64,000 bases of DNA. Source: Promethearchaeota archaeon (lineage in GTDB: Archaea > Asgardarchaeota > Lokiarchaeia > Sigyniarchaeales > SOKP01). The notes under the pieces were generated by a model. The model was not told where the DNA came from, ran no database searches, and saw only the letters and a list, made by a program, of their open reading frames with translations. Every line of letters starts with the position of its first letter. Position 1 is the first letter of the stretch. The position numbers were made by a program, and so were the translations under genes. The stretch lies in NCBI GenBank assembly GCA_048941285.1, contig JBHLNS010000004.1, positions 2,896 to 66,895 of the forward strand, read 5' to 3'. Shown in pieces: positions 8,863 through 17,832 of this stretch.

Positions 8863-9693
8863 ATGAATCAGAAAAACCAATACAAATTGATATTATTTCT
8901 CTCGATTTTAACAGGATTCATTTCTGTGACAATCCTCTATTTTCTGAATCTTCAAACAATTATTCAGGCTTATAATGATATTCAAGGGATGGATTTAGTG
9001 GTAATTATCGTGTTAGTCAGAATACTGATACTCTTTGGAAGCTCAATGTACATGCTCTACAAATGGTTTAAACAAGAAAAACAATTTATTTCAGATCTTC
9101 CAATTTTATTTACTCTATTTTTCCTTCTGTTGACATTTGGGAAAATGATTGACTTATTCTTTGATTTTACCTACAGTTATTTTATTGAATCCTTGAATTT
9201 ACTCGTAATTAAAATTCGATACTTTATTATCATATTTACGGTGTTTCCACTGATATATTTGAGCATAACCATGATCCTTTTTAGGCTTTCATTAATGGAT
9301 AAATTTCAAAAGCTCAAAGATGAAAAGACTAGAAACAAAACGAGTTCTATAATTGCGATGGTTATTATTATTGTTGAATCTGTTGCTGTAATAATAGTTC
9401 CTGATGCACCTTCAATAAGTATTTTATTACCCGCTGTAGTTATTCCTTCTCTTTTGGTAATCGTATGGCTTTTTGCATTTTCTTATAGAAATAAGCGTCT
9501 TTCACAGGTAAATTCTTTTGTATTGATGATTGGATTTGCTGCATATTTACTGTCTCAGATAATGAGACCTGTATTTCAACGCTTACTCGGAGAGAATACT
9601 GCTTATATAAATCTTTCAGAAATAATTGATTTGGTTATATTCATTGTAATTTTCATTGGATTTTACTTAGAAGCAAATTATAAAAAAGATTAA
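8863..9693 (+). CDS. polytopic membrane protein
   Basis: 276-aa ORF with about 7-8 hydrophobic helices and no recognisable catalytic motif. Confidence 0.6.
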   Translation: MNQKNQYKLILFLSILTGFISVTILYFLNLQTIIQAYNDIQGMDLVVIIVLVRILILFGSSMYMLYKWFKQEKQFISDLPILFTLFFLLLTFGKMIDLFFDFTYSYFIESLNLLVIKIRYFIIIFTVFPLIYLSITMILFRLSLMDKFQKLKDEKTRNKTSSIIAMVIIIVESVAVIIVPDAPSISILLPAVVIPSLLVIVWLFAFSYRNKRLSQVNSFVLMIGFAAYLLSQIMRPVFQRLLGENTAYINLSEIIDLVIFIVIFIGFYLEANYKKD

Positions 9694-9738
9694 TATATTT
9701 TTTTATTATTTTATTTTTAATTGGGCTATCAAATTTAC

Positions 9739-10890
9739 TCAGAGCCTTTTTTGTAGAACTGAGTGTTTTCTAATTGGTTTAGAATGAGGAAATATAGTAT
9801 CAATCGCTCTTGTATTATTTGACCAAATAGAAGTTCCTTCGTAATAATTTAGACCTCGCATGAGACATGTGAGTTGTCCAATATTGTTAAGAGCAGAGAA
9901 TATTCCTTTGCCATAATACCCCTTCTTCACCATAGCGGTATCAACATTTACTCTTGTTATTGGATCTCCTCTCCAAGCTTCATAAAGGTCTGGTAAACAT
10001 AAGATTATTCCTACTAATTCATTAGTGTGGCGATCAAAAGCCATAGGAACATACGGTTGAATTTGTTTAAGATCACATGAATCCCAAGCTTCAATATATT
10101 CAGGAATTGTAGAATAATCACTAAGAACTACTTCACTATTAATTCTATAAAATGAATCTGGTAATTTACTATAAGCTTCAAAGAAATCTAACACACGGTT
10201 TCTACCAGATCCATCGGGCATAATTTGATAAAATGAATTATTAGCAAGTTCCCGAATAGCATCAATGTAATCATATAATTCTTCTAGTGTTGGAAACCCT
10301 AATCGTATACTTTTATCAACTTTCTTTCCTTTATTCCATGATTGTTTTGTAACATGGACACAAGTATATTCAGATTCATTTTTGTATCCTAATCGAGTTA
10401 AATAATCGATAATTCTGGCTCCTGGTTTGGTATACCCTACACCATATAAAATTTGCCGATCGAATCCCATAAATTGAATACCTAGGCCCCCAAGATTTTT
10501 AGGAAAGCTAATATTTCCACGTATTTTTCGAATTCTATTATCTCTTATAAACTTTTCACACACTCTAATTAATTCTTTGCACGTAACAAAATCTTTGGCA
10601 TGTAACCATCCAAAGGTCCCACATTTTCTACTATAACTAGTATAGTATGGATCGATTTGGCAGACTACGAACCCAAAGACCTCAATTTCATTATAAGCTA
10701 CAAAGAATTTAATTTTATAATTCGGATCCTTCATTTTTTCTTCCAAATAAGATAAAAGCTCAATGATTACAATATCTCTTATAAGAATATCTGGTATATA
10801 TAATGTACTTTCTAATATCTCTCTAATTTCTCCTAAGTCATAAACCTCATTAACTGTTAACCTTTTTATTTGCTGGGTTGTTTGGATCAT
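9739..10890 (-). CDS. GNAT-like acyl-CoA N-acyltransferase-fold protein (two-lobed)
   Basis: 383-aa ORF. It has beta-alpha patterns ending in motif-A-like VKKGYYGKGIFSALNN, and an N-terminal lobe with FVVCQIDPYY...GWLHAKD. The assignment is tentative. Confidence 0.4.
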   Translation of the reverse strand: MIQTTQQIKRLTVNEVYDLGEIREILESTLYIPDILIRDIVIIELLSYLEEKMKDPNYKIKFFVAYNEIEVFGFVVCQIDPYYTSYSRKCGTFGWLHAKDFVTCKELIRVCEKFIRDNRIRKIRGNISFPKNLGGLGIQFMGFDRQILYGVGYTKPGARIIDYLTRLGYKNESEYTCVHVTKQSWNKGKKVDKSIRLGFPTLEELYDYIDAIRELANNSFYQIMPDGSGRNRVLDFFEAYSKLPDSFYRINSEVVLSDYSTIPEYIEAWDSCDLKQIQPYVPMAFDRHTNELVGIILCLPDLYEAWRGDPITRVNVDTAMVKKGYYGKGIFSALNNIGQLTCLMRGLNYYEGTSIWSNNTRAIDTIFPHSKPIRKHSVLQKRL

Positions 10891-10964
10891 TTCAAAATCA
10901 TCAAAACTAATTTTACTATTAATTTACACCTTTTCTTTTTAAAAAAAAAAATTAGGAATTTTGA

Positions 10965-10980
10965 TTTTTCCTTTAAATAT
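10965..10980 (+). promoter_or_regulatory. BRE/TATA-like promoter element (TTTTTCCTTTAAATAT)
   Basis: Instance of the recurrent motif ATTTTTC[CT]TTTA[AT]AT, ~35 nt upstream of where the PP-loop ORF opens (11014). Confidence 0.45.
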
Positions 10981-11136
10981 CCAAAAAAGATATAATTTAC
11001 AAATTTTGGATAAGGTGATTTTACGATAGATCATCAAAATATTTGTTGTAACTGTATTTTACCTGAAGGCTTTTTAGGAGTACATTTAAACTCAGAGGGG
11101 TTATGTGACTTTTGTACAGATCTTAACCATAAAAAT

Positions 11137-12192
11137 TTGAATTGGTCAAGAACAGAAATTAGTAATGAAAGGAGACAAAACTCTCTTGAAAACTGGAATA
11201 TAATTGTAAAATATATGCAAAACCACCATCGAAAAGGGCATTATGATTGTATATTGGGATACTCAGGTGGTAAGGATTCTACTGCATTGCTAGATTATTT
11301 AGTTAATCAGATAGAATTAATCCCATTAGCAGTTACTTCAGATACAGGCTTTATGACTAATATCGCAAAAGAAAATATGAAGGATACATTAAAAGAAATT
11401 CAAGTAGATCATATTTTAATCGAAGAATGTATACCTACTTTCACTAAGCTCTATAAATATCATTTTTTTCACCATAATTCTGATGAGGTATTTTTAGCTC
11501 GAAATATATGTGATTACTGTTCTGACTTAATTCATAGTATTGTAGTAAAAGAGGCAATAAAACGAGAAATACCATATGTATTATTTGGATATTCCCCTGA
11601 TCAAATCTTTCGCTATTTTTATGAAATACCCCGAGGAGAAATCATTAAAGAATGGAAACCTGAATTACTATCTTATCCCATCTTTGATGATAATGATGCA
11701 AGATGGTATTTAACTGATCAAGAAATTGAGGGTGGGTTACTTCCCCGAGTGTTACTTCCTTACCATGTGATTCCATATCGAGAACAAGAGATCATAGAAC
11801 TTGTAGAATCAAAAAAATATATTAAAAAAGGACATGCAGATCCATTATTAACTAACTGTAATGTGATTCATGCTGCTATGTTTTATGATCTCAATCGCTA
11901 TGGCGGAATTCTGTATGCTTATCAATATGCTGAATTAGTCCGTCAAAACCCAACATCGAGAAAAAAATGGTTAAGAACTCTTAAAATGATTGGTCCTTTA
12001 ATTCTTGAAAATAAATTCAAAACAGCTGAAGTAAATGCATTTTTTAAACAAATTGGAGTATCACAGGAAGAAATTTTAAAGCACATTAACCTTCAATTGA
12101 AAGATAATCCTAATCGAGAGCCTATTGAAAATAATATCAAAATGTTTAAAAAACGAGAAATAAAAAAGCAGAACATAACAACTATGCATTAG
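11137..12192 (+). CDS. PP-loop ATP pyrophosphatase, N-acetyl-sugar amidotransferase-like
   Basis: PP-loop SGGKDS (ILGYSGGKDSTALLDYL). An in-frame Cys cluster typical of the family N-terminus (CCNC...GLCDFC) is encoded at 11044-11115, upstream of the TTG, so the real start is probably near 11023-11041 (see findings). Confidence 0.6.
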   Translation: MNWSRTEISNERRQNSLENWNIIVKYMQNHHRKGHYDCILGYSGGKDSTALLDYLVNQIELIPLAVTSDTGFMTNIAKENMKDTLKEIQVDHILIEECIPTFTKLYKYHFFHHNSDEVFLARNICDYCSDLIHSIVVKEAIKREIPYVLFGYSPDQIFRYFYEIPRGEIIKEWKPELLSYPIFDDNDARWYLTDQEIEGGLLPRVLLPYHVIPYREQEIIELVESKKYIKKGHADPLLTNCNVIHAAMFYDLNRYGGILYAYQYAELVRQNPTSRKKWLRTLKMIGPLILENKFKTAEVNAFFKQIGVSQEEILKHINLQLKDNPNREPIENNIKMFKKREIKKQNITTMH

Positions 12193-12220
12193 TTCTTTAT
12201 AATTTACTATTTTTCTTGCC

Positions 12221-13519
12221 CTAGATCTGAAATCTTTTTTTTTTTGAGGAGGCTTTTTTCACTTTAGATTTAGTACTGACTGCATATTGAATCCCTAATA
12301 CTTCTAAAAGTCTTTTTCCTTCCTCAATTAATTGAATATCTGAACTGATCTCACCTTCAAAGTGATTAAATAAGATATAATCTTCAAAAACTCCTCTTTT
12401 CCTATTATATTTCCAGCTTGGCAAGTACCCTCGAGGTTCTAAACCAAATTTGTTAAAAAGTCTTTGGTGTTCCGGTTTATAGGCAGAAATAAAGATTTCA
12501 CAATATCTAATTCTTAAATCTTTACCGCTTTCTATAAATTTTTTTATAAAAATGTATAATTCTTCAAGAGAGCCTACTTTATATGTTGTCTTTTCAAAAT
12601 TTTTAATTTGTGGAGTATATAAAAACTCAAAATATGAGTCTGAACCTTCTATTATGAAACGAATAGTTTCATATCCAAACTTATCTTTTATTACTTGTTG
12701 TTTAAGTCTTTTTTGTAAAAGCTTTAATTTTTGGTAATCTAAATATAGATTATCCGAATTTTCAACATGATATGAACCCAAATTATAACGATTCGTAGAA
12801 TATGTAAAACAATTTAGCGCTTCAGGAATAAAAGTAGGAGTTTTGCTGCTTCGCATTGTTTCTATTGCTCGTTTATCATAGCAGATATGTAAAATATCAG
12901 ATTCCACTTTTCCAAAGAAGACATCTTTATTTGGGTAAAATGCAAGAGGACGTATTCCTCCAATTGAGAGTGCAAACTGAGATTTTGCATGAGCCGTGCG
13001 ATTTTCGCAGTACCACCGGTAAATTCTATCCTTATATTTTCTATACATTCCAATATAAGAACCAATTACAGCTTTAATAACATCAACATTGCCTTGATAT
13101 TGTTTTTTTAACATTAATCCCCTAATATAACCCATTTTTTCTTCAAAATCAAGAAGGAATGTAAAACAACCCATTGTGTTGTCATAGATGTCTTTAAACA
13201 CTACCCAATCACAGTTAGGGCTCTTTATCATTTTTTGTACTTCTTGAACATCTTCCATCTCTTTATAAGGATATGTGCCGTTATACAATTCGTTGTAGAT
13301 TTCAACAATTTCAAATGCGTCTTTAGGTTGAGCAAGCTTTAATATTGGACTTTTCTTCCTTATGCTAGCCTTATGAGCAATCTCAAAATTAAGATGCATC
13401 CCTTCATTAATACTTAGAATCTCTAAATTTTCAAATGGCTTTAGAAACTGACTAGTGGAATCCGGAAATGAATCATCTAATGAAATTATCAAATCAGTAG
13501 TTAGTTCTTCCGATATCAT
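12221..13519 (-). CDS. GNAT-like acyltransferase-fold protein (two domains)
   Basis: 432-aa ORF with segments resembling the GNAT core (GYIRGLMLKKQYQGNVDVIKAVIG; ENRTAHAKSQFALSIGGIRPLAFYP). Tentative. Confidence 0.4.
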   Translation of the reverse strand: MISEELTTDLIISLDDSFPDSTSQFLKPFENLEILSINEGMHLNFEIAHKASIRKKSPILKLAQPKDAFEIVEIYNELYNGTYPYKEMEDVQEVQKMIKSPNCDWVVFKDIYDNTMGCFTFLLDFEEKMGYIRGLMLKKQYQGNVDVIKAVIGSYIGMYRKYKDRIYRWYCENRTAHAKSQFALSIGGIRPLAFYPNKDVFFGKVESDILHICYDKRAIETMRSSKTPTFIPEALNCFTYSTNRYNLGSYHVENSDNLYLDYQKLKLLQKRLKQQVIKDKFGYETIRFIIEGSDSYFEFLYTPQIKNFEKTTYKVGSLEELYIFIKKFIESGKDLRIRYCEIFISAYKPEHQRLFNKFGLEPRGYLPSWKYNRKRGVFEDYILFNHFEGEISSDIQLIEEGKRLLEVLGIQYAVSTKSKVKKASSKKKRFQI

Positions 13520-13645
13520 CCTTTACTGCTTTTCTTTTTTTAGCGAATTTTAGAGTTTCAATATGTTTTAACTTAAATTTTTGGCAAGTATATTTAAATA
13601 AAAAAGAAGAAGAATAAAGGATCATTTTTCCTTTAAATATAAAAT

Positions 13646-14005
13646 TTATACAGCTAACGTTTCTTTTAATTTTCTATAAATATTATTTACTTTTGTTCCG
13701 ATCTCTTCAAATAAACTATTTTTTTCCTCTAATTCTTTTGATAAAATTGATAGATCCCCCGTTTCAGTGAATTCATTTAGCTTATTCTCGGTTAAACTCT
13801 GATTTAAAAAGAATGGAAAAAATTCTATTAATTGTTCTATTAGCCTTATTCTAAGTTCAATAATTTGCTTTCTCAATTCTTTTGGAGTAAGATAACCATC
13901 AGCTACTTTTTCAATTCCTTTTTTTAGAATATTTAATTGAGCCTCATCAAATATAATTTTTTCAAGCATTTCATAAAGTAAATCTTTTTTTAGTTCATTC
14001 ATCAT
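13646..14005 (-). CDS. small coiled-coil protein, last gene of the membrane operon
   Basis: Start ATGATG at 14005/14002 overlaps the stop (13995-13997) of the 1278-aa gene. The sequence is heptad-like and Glu/Lys/Leu-rich. Confidence 0.5.
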   Translation of the reverse strand: MMNELKKDLLYEMLEKIIFDEAQLNILKKGIEKVADGYLTPKELRKQIIELRIRLIEQLIEFFPFFLNQSLTENKLNEFTETGDLSILSKELEEKNSLFEEIGTKVNNIYRKLKETLAV

Positions 14006-17000
14006 CGTTGTCCTCCTCATAGATGTAGTGCTGAATTTTAATAAAGAAGTCATATATAAATTGATATACCTCTTTAGCTAAGGATTCTAGATTATAGGTT
14101 TCTAGATTTAGCACATTATATCGTTCTATATAGTCTCTAAGTTCTTGTTTAGTAATTGGAAAATCTTTAATATCTTCTAAAAAAGTAAGGAATTCTTCTA
14201 ACTTATCTGGAGATATTGGCTTCTCTATATTATAATAATGCTTTAAAATATTCATTAAGAAATTTTTAATTAATCCATGTTCTATTTTTAATGCGTTGCT
14301 ATAATCTCCATTATTAATATAATTGTAAATTTTAAATATATCATAGTTAAAATCGCTTAACTCACGCATTAAAGCATCTTTTAAGCTTTGTTTCTGCACA
14401 ATATATTTTCGAGGTTTCTCTTGAAATATTTTAGTTAAACCAGATTTATTCGTAGCTTTTTCTAATATCTCAACATTTATATCTGTTTGTGTTTTCCCCT
14501 TTGTCTTATAATAATCATTTAATGCTTCTTGATATCTCTCCCCTACGGAATAAGAGGTTCTTAATGCTTCTGAACCACTAGCCTTCCGCGGATGATTTTC
14601 AACTAAATATCCATGTTTAATTATTATGTTTAAAAGCTCATCCCGAATTTTTTTAATGTGCTCCTTCCTATTAGTCTTCTGAGATGCTTTTGGATAAATT
14701 ATTTCTTTTAACTGAGTTTTAAGTTTATGTATATAAAGATTCCCAATTTGGTCGATTGTTTGGATCTCATCTAGAAATTTAATTACTTCCTCCAAATATA
14801 TGATATAATGCCCTAGATCTATCTCAAACAATGACTTTTTAGCTTGTTCTAATATTTTTCTTTCTGTAAATTTTAGGTCAAATCCCTGTTGCTCCATAAA
14901 CGATATAATTTTATCATAAGGAAGTGGATTATTTTCCTTAATAGCTTTCCAATCAACGTAAGCTGGAAATGGTTGATCAATATCATCTCTCCTGATTAAA
15001 ACTTCATTATTTTTCATATTCTTGAGATACATAATTTGATAAGTCTGATTTCGAGAACGTGTATAGTATCCAATGCCTTCAATTTCTTGTAAGTTCAATA
15101 GATTTCGCAATATTGAAATATCACGGCTATCTGTAGCTTTCAGTGTTATTACATTATTAAAATGCAGCAAAAAGTTCGCATGAAGATAATGAATTTGGTG
15201 CGCAGAAAAAATTAATCCGAAATTATTCTCAAATAATGGTTTTAAGAAGAGATCTACTTTATCATAATTTCTTTTTAAATCTAGGAAATATGAATCAAAG
15301 AATATATCTATATGCGGAATTATAATAAATTTCTTGAAATGTTCTCCTTGATTTTTAACGTAATGAATAAATTTTGCTAAAATAATGAATGTTAAAAAAA
15401 TTTTTTTATTCAAATCTCTTATTACAGAAAGATCAATGATAACTGTTTTTCGATTCTGTATAAAATGATTGGATAAAATACTATCTTTTTGAATACCTTG
15501 AAAGAAAGATAAATCACCATGTGAAAAATCTGAAAATAAAGAAAGGAGTGTATCACTTATCGGGCTTTTTTCCCAATCACTCTGATTTTGTAATGCCATA
15601 CGAATAGAACCCAAATCCATGTCAGGATTTTTTTGAATAGTATTTCGAAACATTTCAACTGAACGCTCATCTTTCTTAAAAGCTAATCCAAATGCATCGA
15701 ATACATATTCCAAGTAATCGGTATTATGCGGATCGTATGGAATATCTGATTTAGTAGGGTCTATTATGAATGCACTTCCATATTTAAAAATTAATATATC
15801 CTCTTTAAACCTAGAATCTTCAAAATAGTTATATAGCTTTGACCAATCTCCTGTAAAATCAAATATAACTGAAGAAATTTTTGTTTTAACTAATTCCGAA
15901 ACTATTTTCATAGAAATTAAATCTCTATTCTCAGAAGAACCGTTTACGATTAACAATTTCTTTAATTGGCCAAGGGTAAATCCTACGGGGACTTCTGGTT
16001 CTAAAACTTCAGTATTAATAGTATGACCTATTGTGACAAAATTTTCTAAATATAAAGGGGTATTAAATTCTGCAGCAATTTTAGTTTTTGTGCCTTTTTT
16101 GAGAATGTCAACAATCGTTGATAGAGGATACATAGACGTTCCTTGTAACATCACATAATTTAAATGACTACCATTTAATCGAAATAAGTTGTTCTTTATC
16201 GTCGAAAACAGAAATCCTGAAATTAAGTTCTGTCTTTTTAAGTCTTCAATTTCATAACTTTGAAAATTAATATTATATGCTCCTTTTAAAGCATTAACCT
16301 GAATAATTAATTCTTCTTCTAACTCAGAAAAATTTGTAACTTCAAGTAAATCAACAAATTTATAGGAATTGATCGTCATGGTTAAAATACTGTACCACAT
16401 TCCATATCGATATCCTAACCATCGTTCGGCTTCAATTTCATCCTTAATCTGCGTTTCTTCTTTCCAAAGCATCAATCTTTTTTGTTTTTCATTTATGAAT
16501 TTTAAACCTTTCTTATAAAATTCATAAAAGTTAATTGGTTGATTTTTTAAAGTGTAGCTAAATGATATCTTGTGATTGTTTAAGCTTTCAATAAACTTGC
16601 TAAGAAGGCAAAAAGGATTTTGGTATACGTATTTAAGATTGACCATTTTCATTCCAATTAGGACTTGATTGTTTATATGAATAAATAAACTAAAAGGAAA
16701 CTGTTTAACATAATAAAAAAGAACATTTTTGAATGGATTAGTAATTAATATATCATTATCTTCTAATAATCTCGATTTTGTAAATTGAAATAATAATGAT
16801 CTCCACCATATTAATAGAAATGCTAATACAAAACCCAAATTAACTAAAATAATATATAAAAAAAATATGTTAATAGAAAAAAGAACATAATCAATATAAA
16901 TTATTAAAACAGTGATTATTAAAAACTTACCAAGGAAATAACCATTAAATCCTTTCAAATATTCTTTTTTGCTCTCATTACCATTTTGATATGACTCATC

Positions 17001-17831
17001 TTCTATATAAAAAGTCCGTAAGGCATTGATCAAATGATTTCCAGAAAGAAGCATTACCTGAAAATGATGAAAATTACTGACGAGATTGCTTTTTAAATCA
17101 GTAGATTGCTTATTAATAAAATACTGTAAACGATCTAATTTATGCCGTGATAGAATCCCTTTTATGTCATAAAATACAGAAAAATATATTTTTGCTACCC
17201 TCGAATCTAATGAATTAATAGTAATCTCCCTTGAAGCATTTTCTTTAAACAAAGAAATAATGGGTTTTTGAACAATTTGATATGAGTAAGATAATCTTGT
17301 ATTTTTTGAACTTAATGCTTTAATAAATTGATGAATCGCTGAATGAACATTTTCAGGGATCACATTTATCTGAAATATTTTAATAGCAATATGAACAATG
17401 TCTTTTCGATTAGAAATATATAATGTTGTAGTATCTTTTTTGTTATGCCAAAAAATTAAATCCTCAAATGGGTTAAAAGAAACTTTATCTCTAAAAGTAA
17501 AAGGAATGAGATACCTCAATATATAAAACTCATCATAAAACACTACAATAAACAAAATTCCACATATAACACCAATGCTAGTAGATAGAATTAGATTTTG
17601 AGAAAAGATATACATTGAAATAATTAGAAATATAAATAAAATTAATAAAAACCCAGTTTTAACAATTGATAAATTATTATTTGTATCTTTAAATGAAGGA
17701 TTTACTCTCCAGATTTTTAAATATTTTTTCTTCTCTTGATTCTCCTCTATTACTGTATATTTTTTTCTGTTCTTATCATTATCAAAATCATTTATTCCTA
17801 ATGAGGCCTCATAAGTATAGTCTTTTGTCAT
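13995..17831 (-). CDS. giant membrane protein: 2x(TM hairpin + NPF-beta module) + FtsK/HerA/VirB4-like P-loop fold with eroded Walker motifs + helical C-terminal region
   Basis: 1278-aa ORF. It has two TM hairpins, each followed by related modules (NPFEDLIFW..TLYISNRKDIVHIAIKIF / NPFKNVLFY..SLFIHINNQVLIGMKMV). The central region follows the HerA/DUF87 template, but Walker A reads LIVNGSSENRD, Walker B reads FIIIPHIDIFF, and the sensor region reads GLIFSAHQ...NNVITLKATDSRD. Confidence 0.6.
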   Translation of the reverse strand: MTKDYTYEASLGINDFDNDKNRKKYTVIEENQEKKKYLKIWRVNPSFKDTNNNLSIVKTGFLLILFIFLIISMYIFSQNLILSTSIGVICGILFIVVFYDEFYILRYLIPFTFRDKVSFNPFEDLIFWHNKKDTTTLYISNRKDIVHIAIKIFQINVIPENVHSAIHQFIKALSSKNTRLSYSYQIVQKPIISLFKENASREITINSLDSRVAKIYFSVFYDIKGILSRHKLDRLQYFINKQSTDLKSNLVSNFHHFQVMLLSGNHLINALRTFYIEDESYQNGNESKKEYLKGFNGYFLGKFLIITVLIIYIDYVLFSINIFFLYIILVNLGFVLAFLLIWWRSLLFQFTKSRLLEDNDILITNPFKNVLFYYVKQFPFSLFIHINNQVLIGMKMVNLKYVYQNPFCLLSKFIESLNNHKISFSYTLKNQPINFYEFYKKGLKFINEKQKRLMLWKEETQIKDEIEAERWLGYRYGMWYSILTMTINSYKFVDLLEVTNFSELEEELIIQVNALKGAYNINFQSYEIEDLKRQNLISGFLFSTIKNNLFRLNGSHLNYVMLQGTSMYPLSTIVDILKKGTKTKIAAEFNTPLYLENFVTIGHTINTEVLEPEVPVGFTLGQLKKLLIVNGSSENRDLISMKIVSELVKTKISSVIFDFTGDWSKLYNYFEDSRFKEDILIFKYGSAFIIDPTKSDIPYDPHNTDYLEYVFDAFGLAFKKDERSVEMFRNTIQKNPDMDLGSIRMALQNQSDWEKSPISDTLLSLFSDFSHGDLSFFQGIQKDSILSNHFIQNRKTVIIDLSVIRDLNKKIFLTFIILAKFIHYVKNQGEHFKKFIIIPHIDIFFDSYFLDLKRNYDKVDLFLKPLFENNFGLIFSAHQIHYLHANFLLHFNNVITLKATDSRDISILRNLLNLQEIEGIGYYTRSRNQTYQIMYLKNMKNNEVLIRRDDIDQPFPAYVDWKAIKENNPLPYDKIISFMEQQGFDLKFTERKILEQAKKSLFEIDLGHYIIYLEEVIKFLDEIQTIDQIGNLYIHKLKTQLKEIIYPKASQKTNRKEHIKKIRDELLNIIIKHGYLVENHPRKASGSEALRTSYSVGERYQEALNDYYKTKGKTQTDINVEILEKATNKSGLTKIFQEKPRKYIVQKQSLKDALMRELSDFNYDIFKIYNYINNGDYSNALKIEHGLIKNFLMNILKHYYNIEKPISPDKLEEFLTFLEDIKDFPITKQELRDYIERYNVLNLETYNLESLAKEVYQFIYDFFIKIQHYIYEEDNDDE

Positions 17832-17832
17832 A

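Noticed and set aside
10964-13640. 17-nt exact direct repeat ATTTTTCCTTTAAATAT flanking a 2.6-kb block, considered as mobile-element or island boundaries
   Set aside because: The same motif recurs upstream of many unrelated genes, so it is the promoter consensus. No integrase or transposase is present, and there is no target-site logic.
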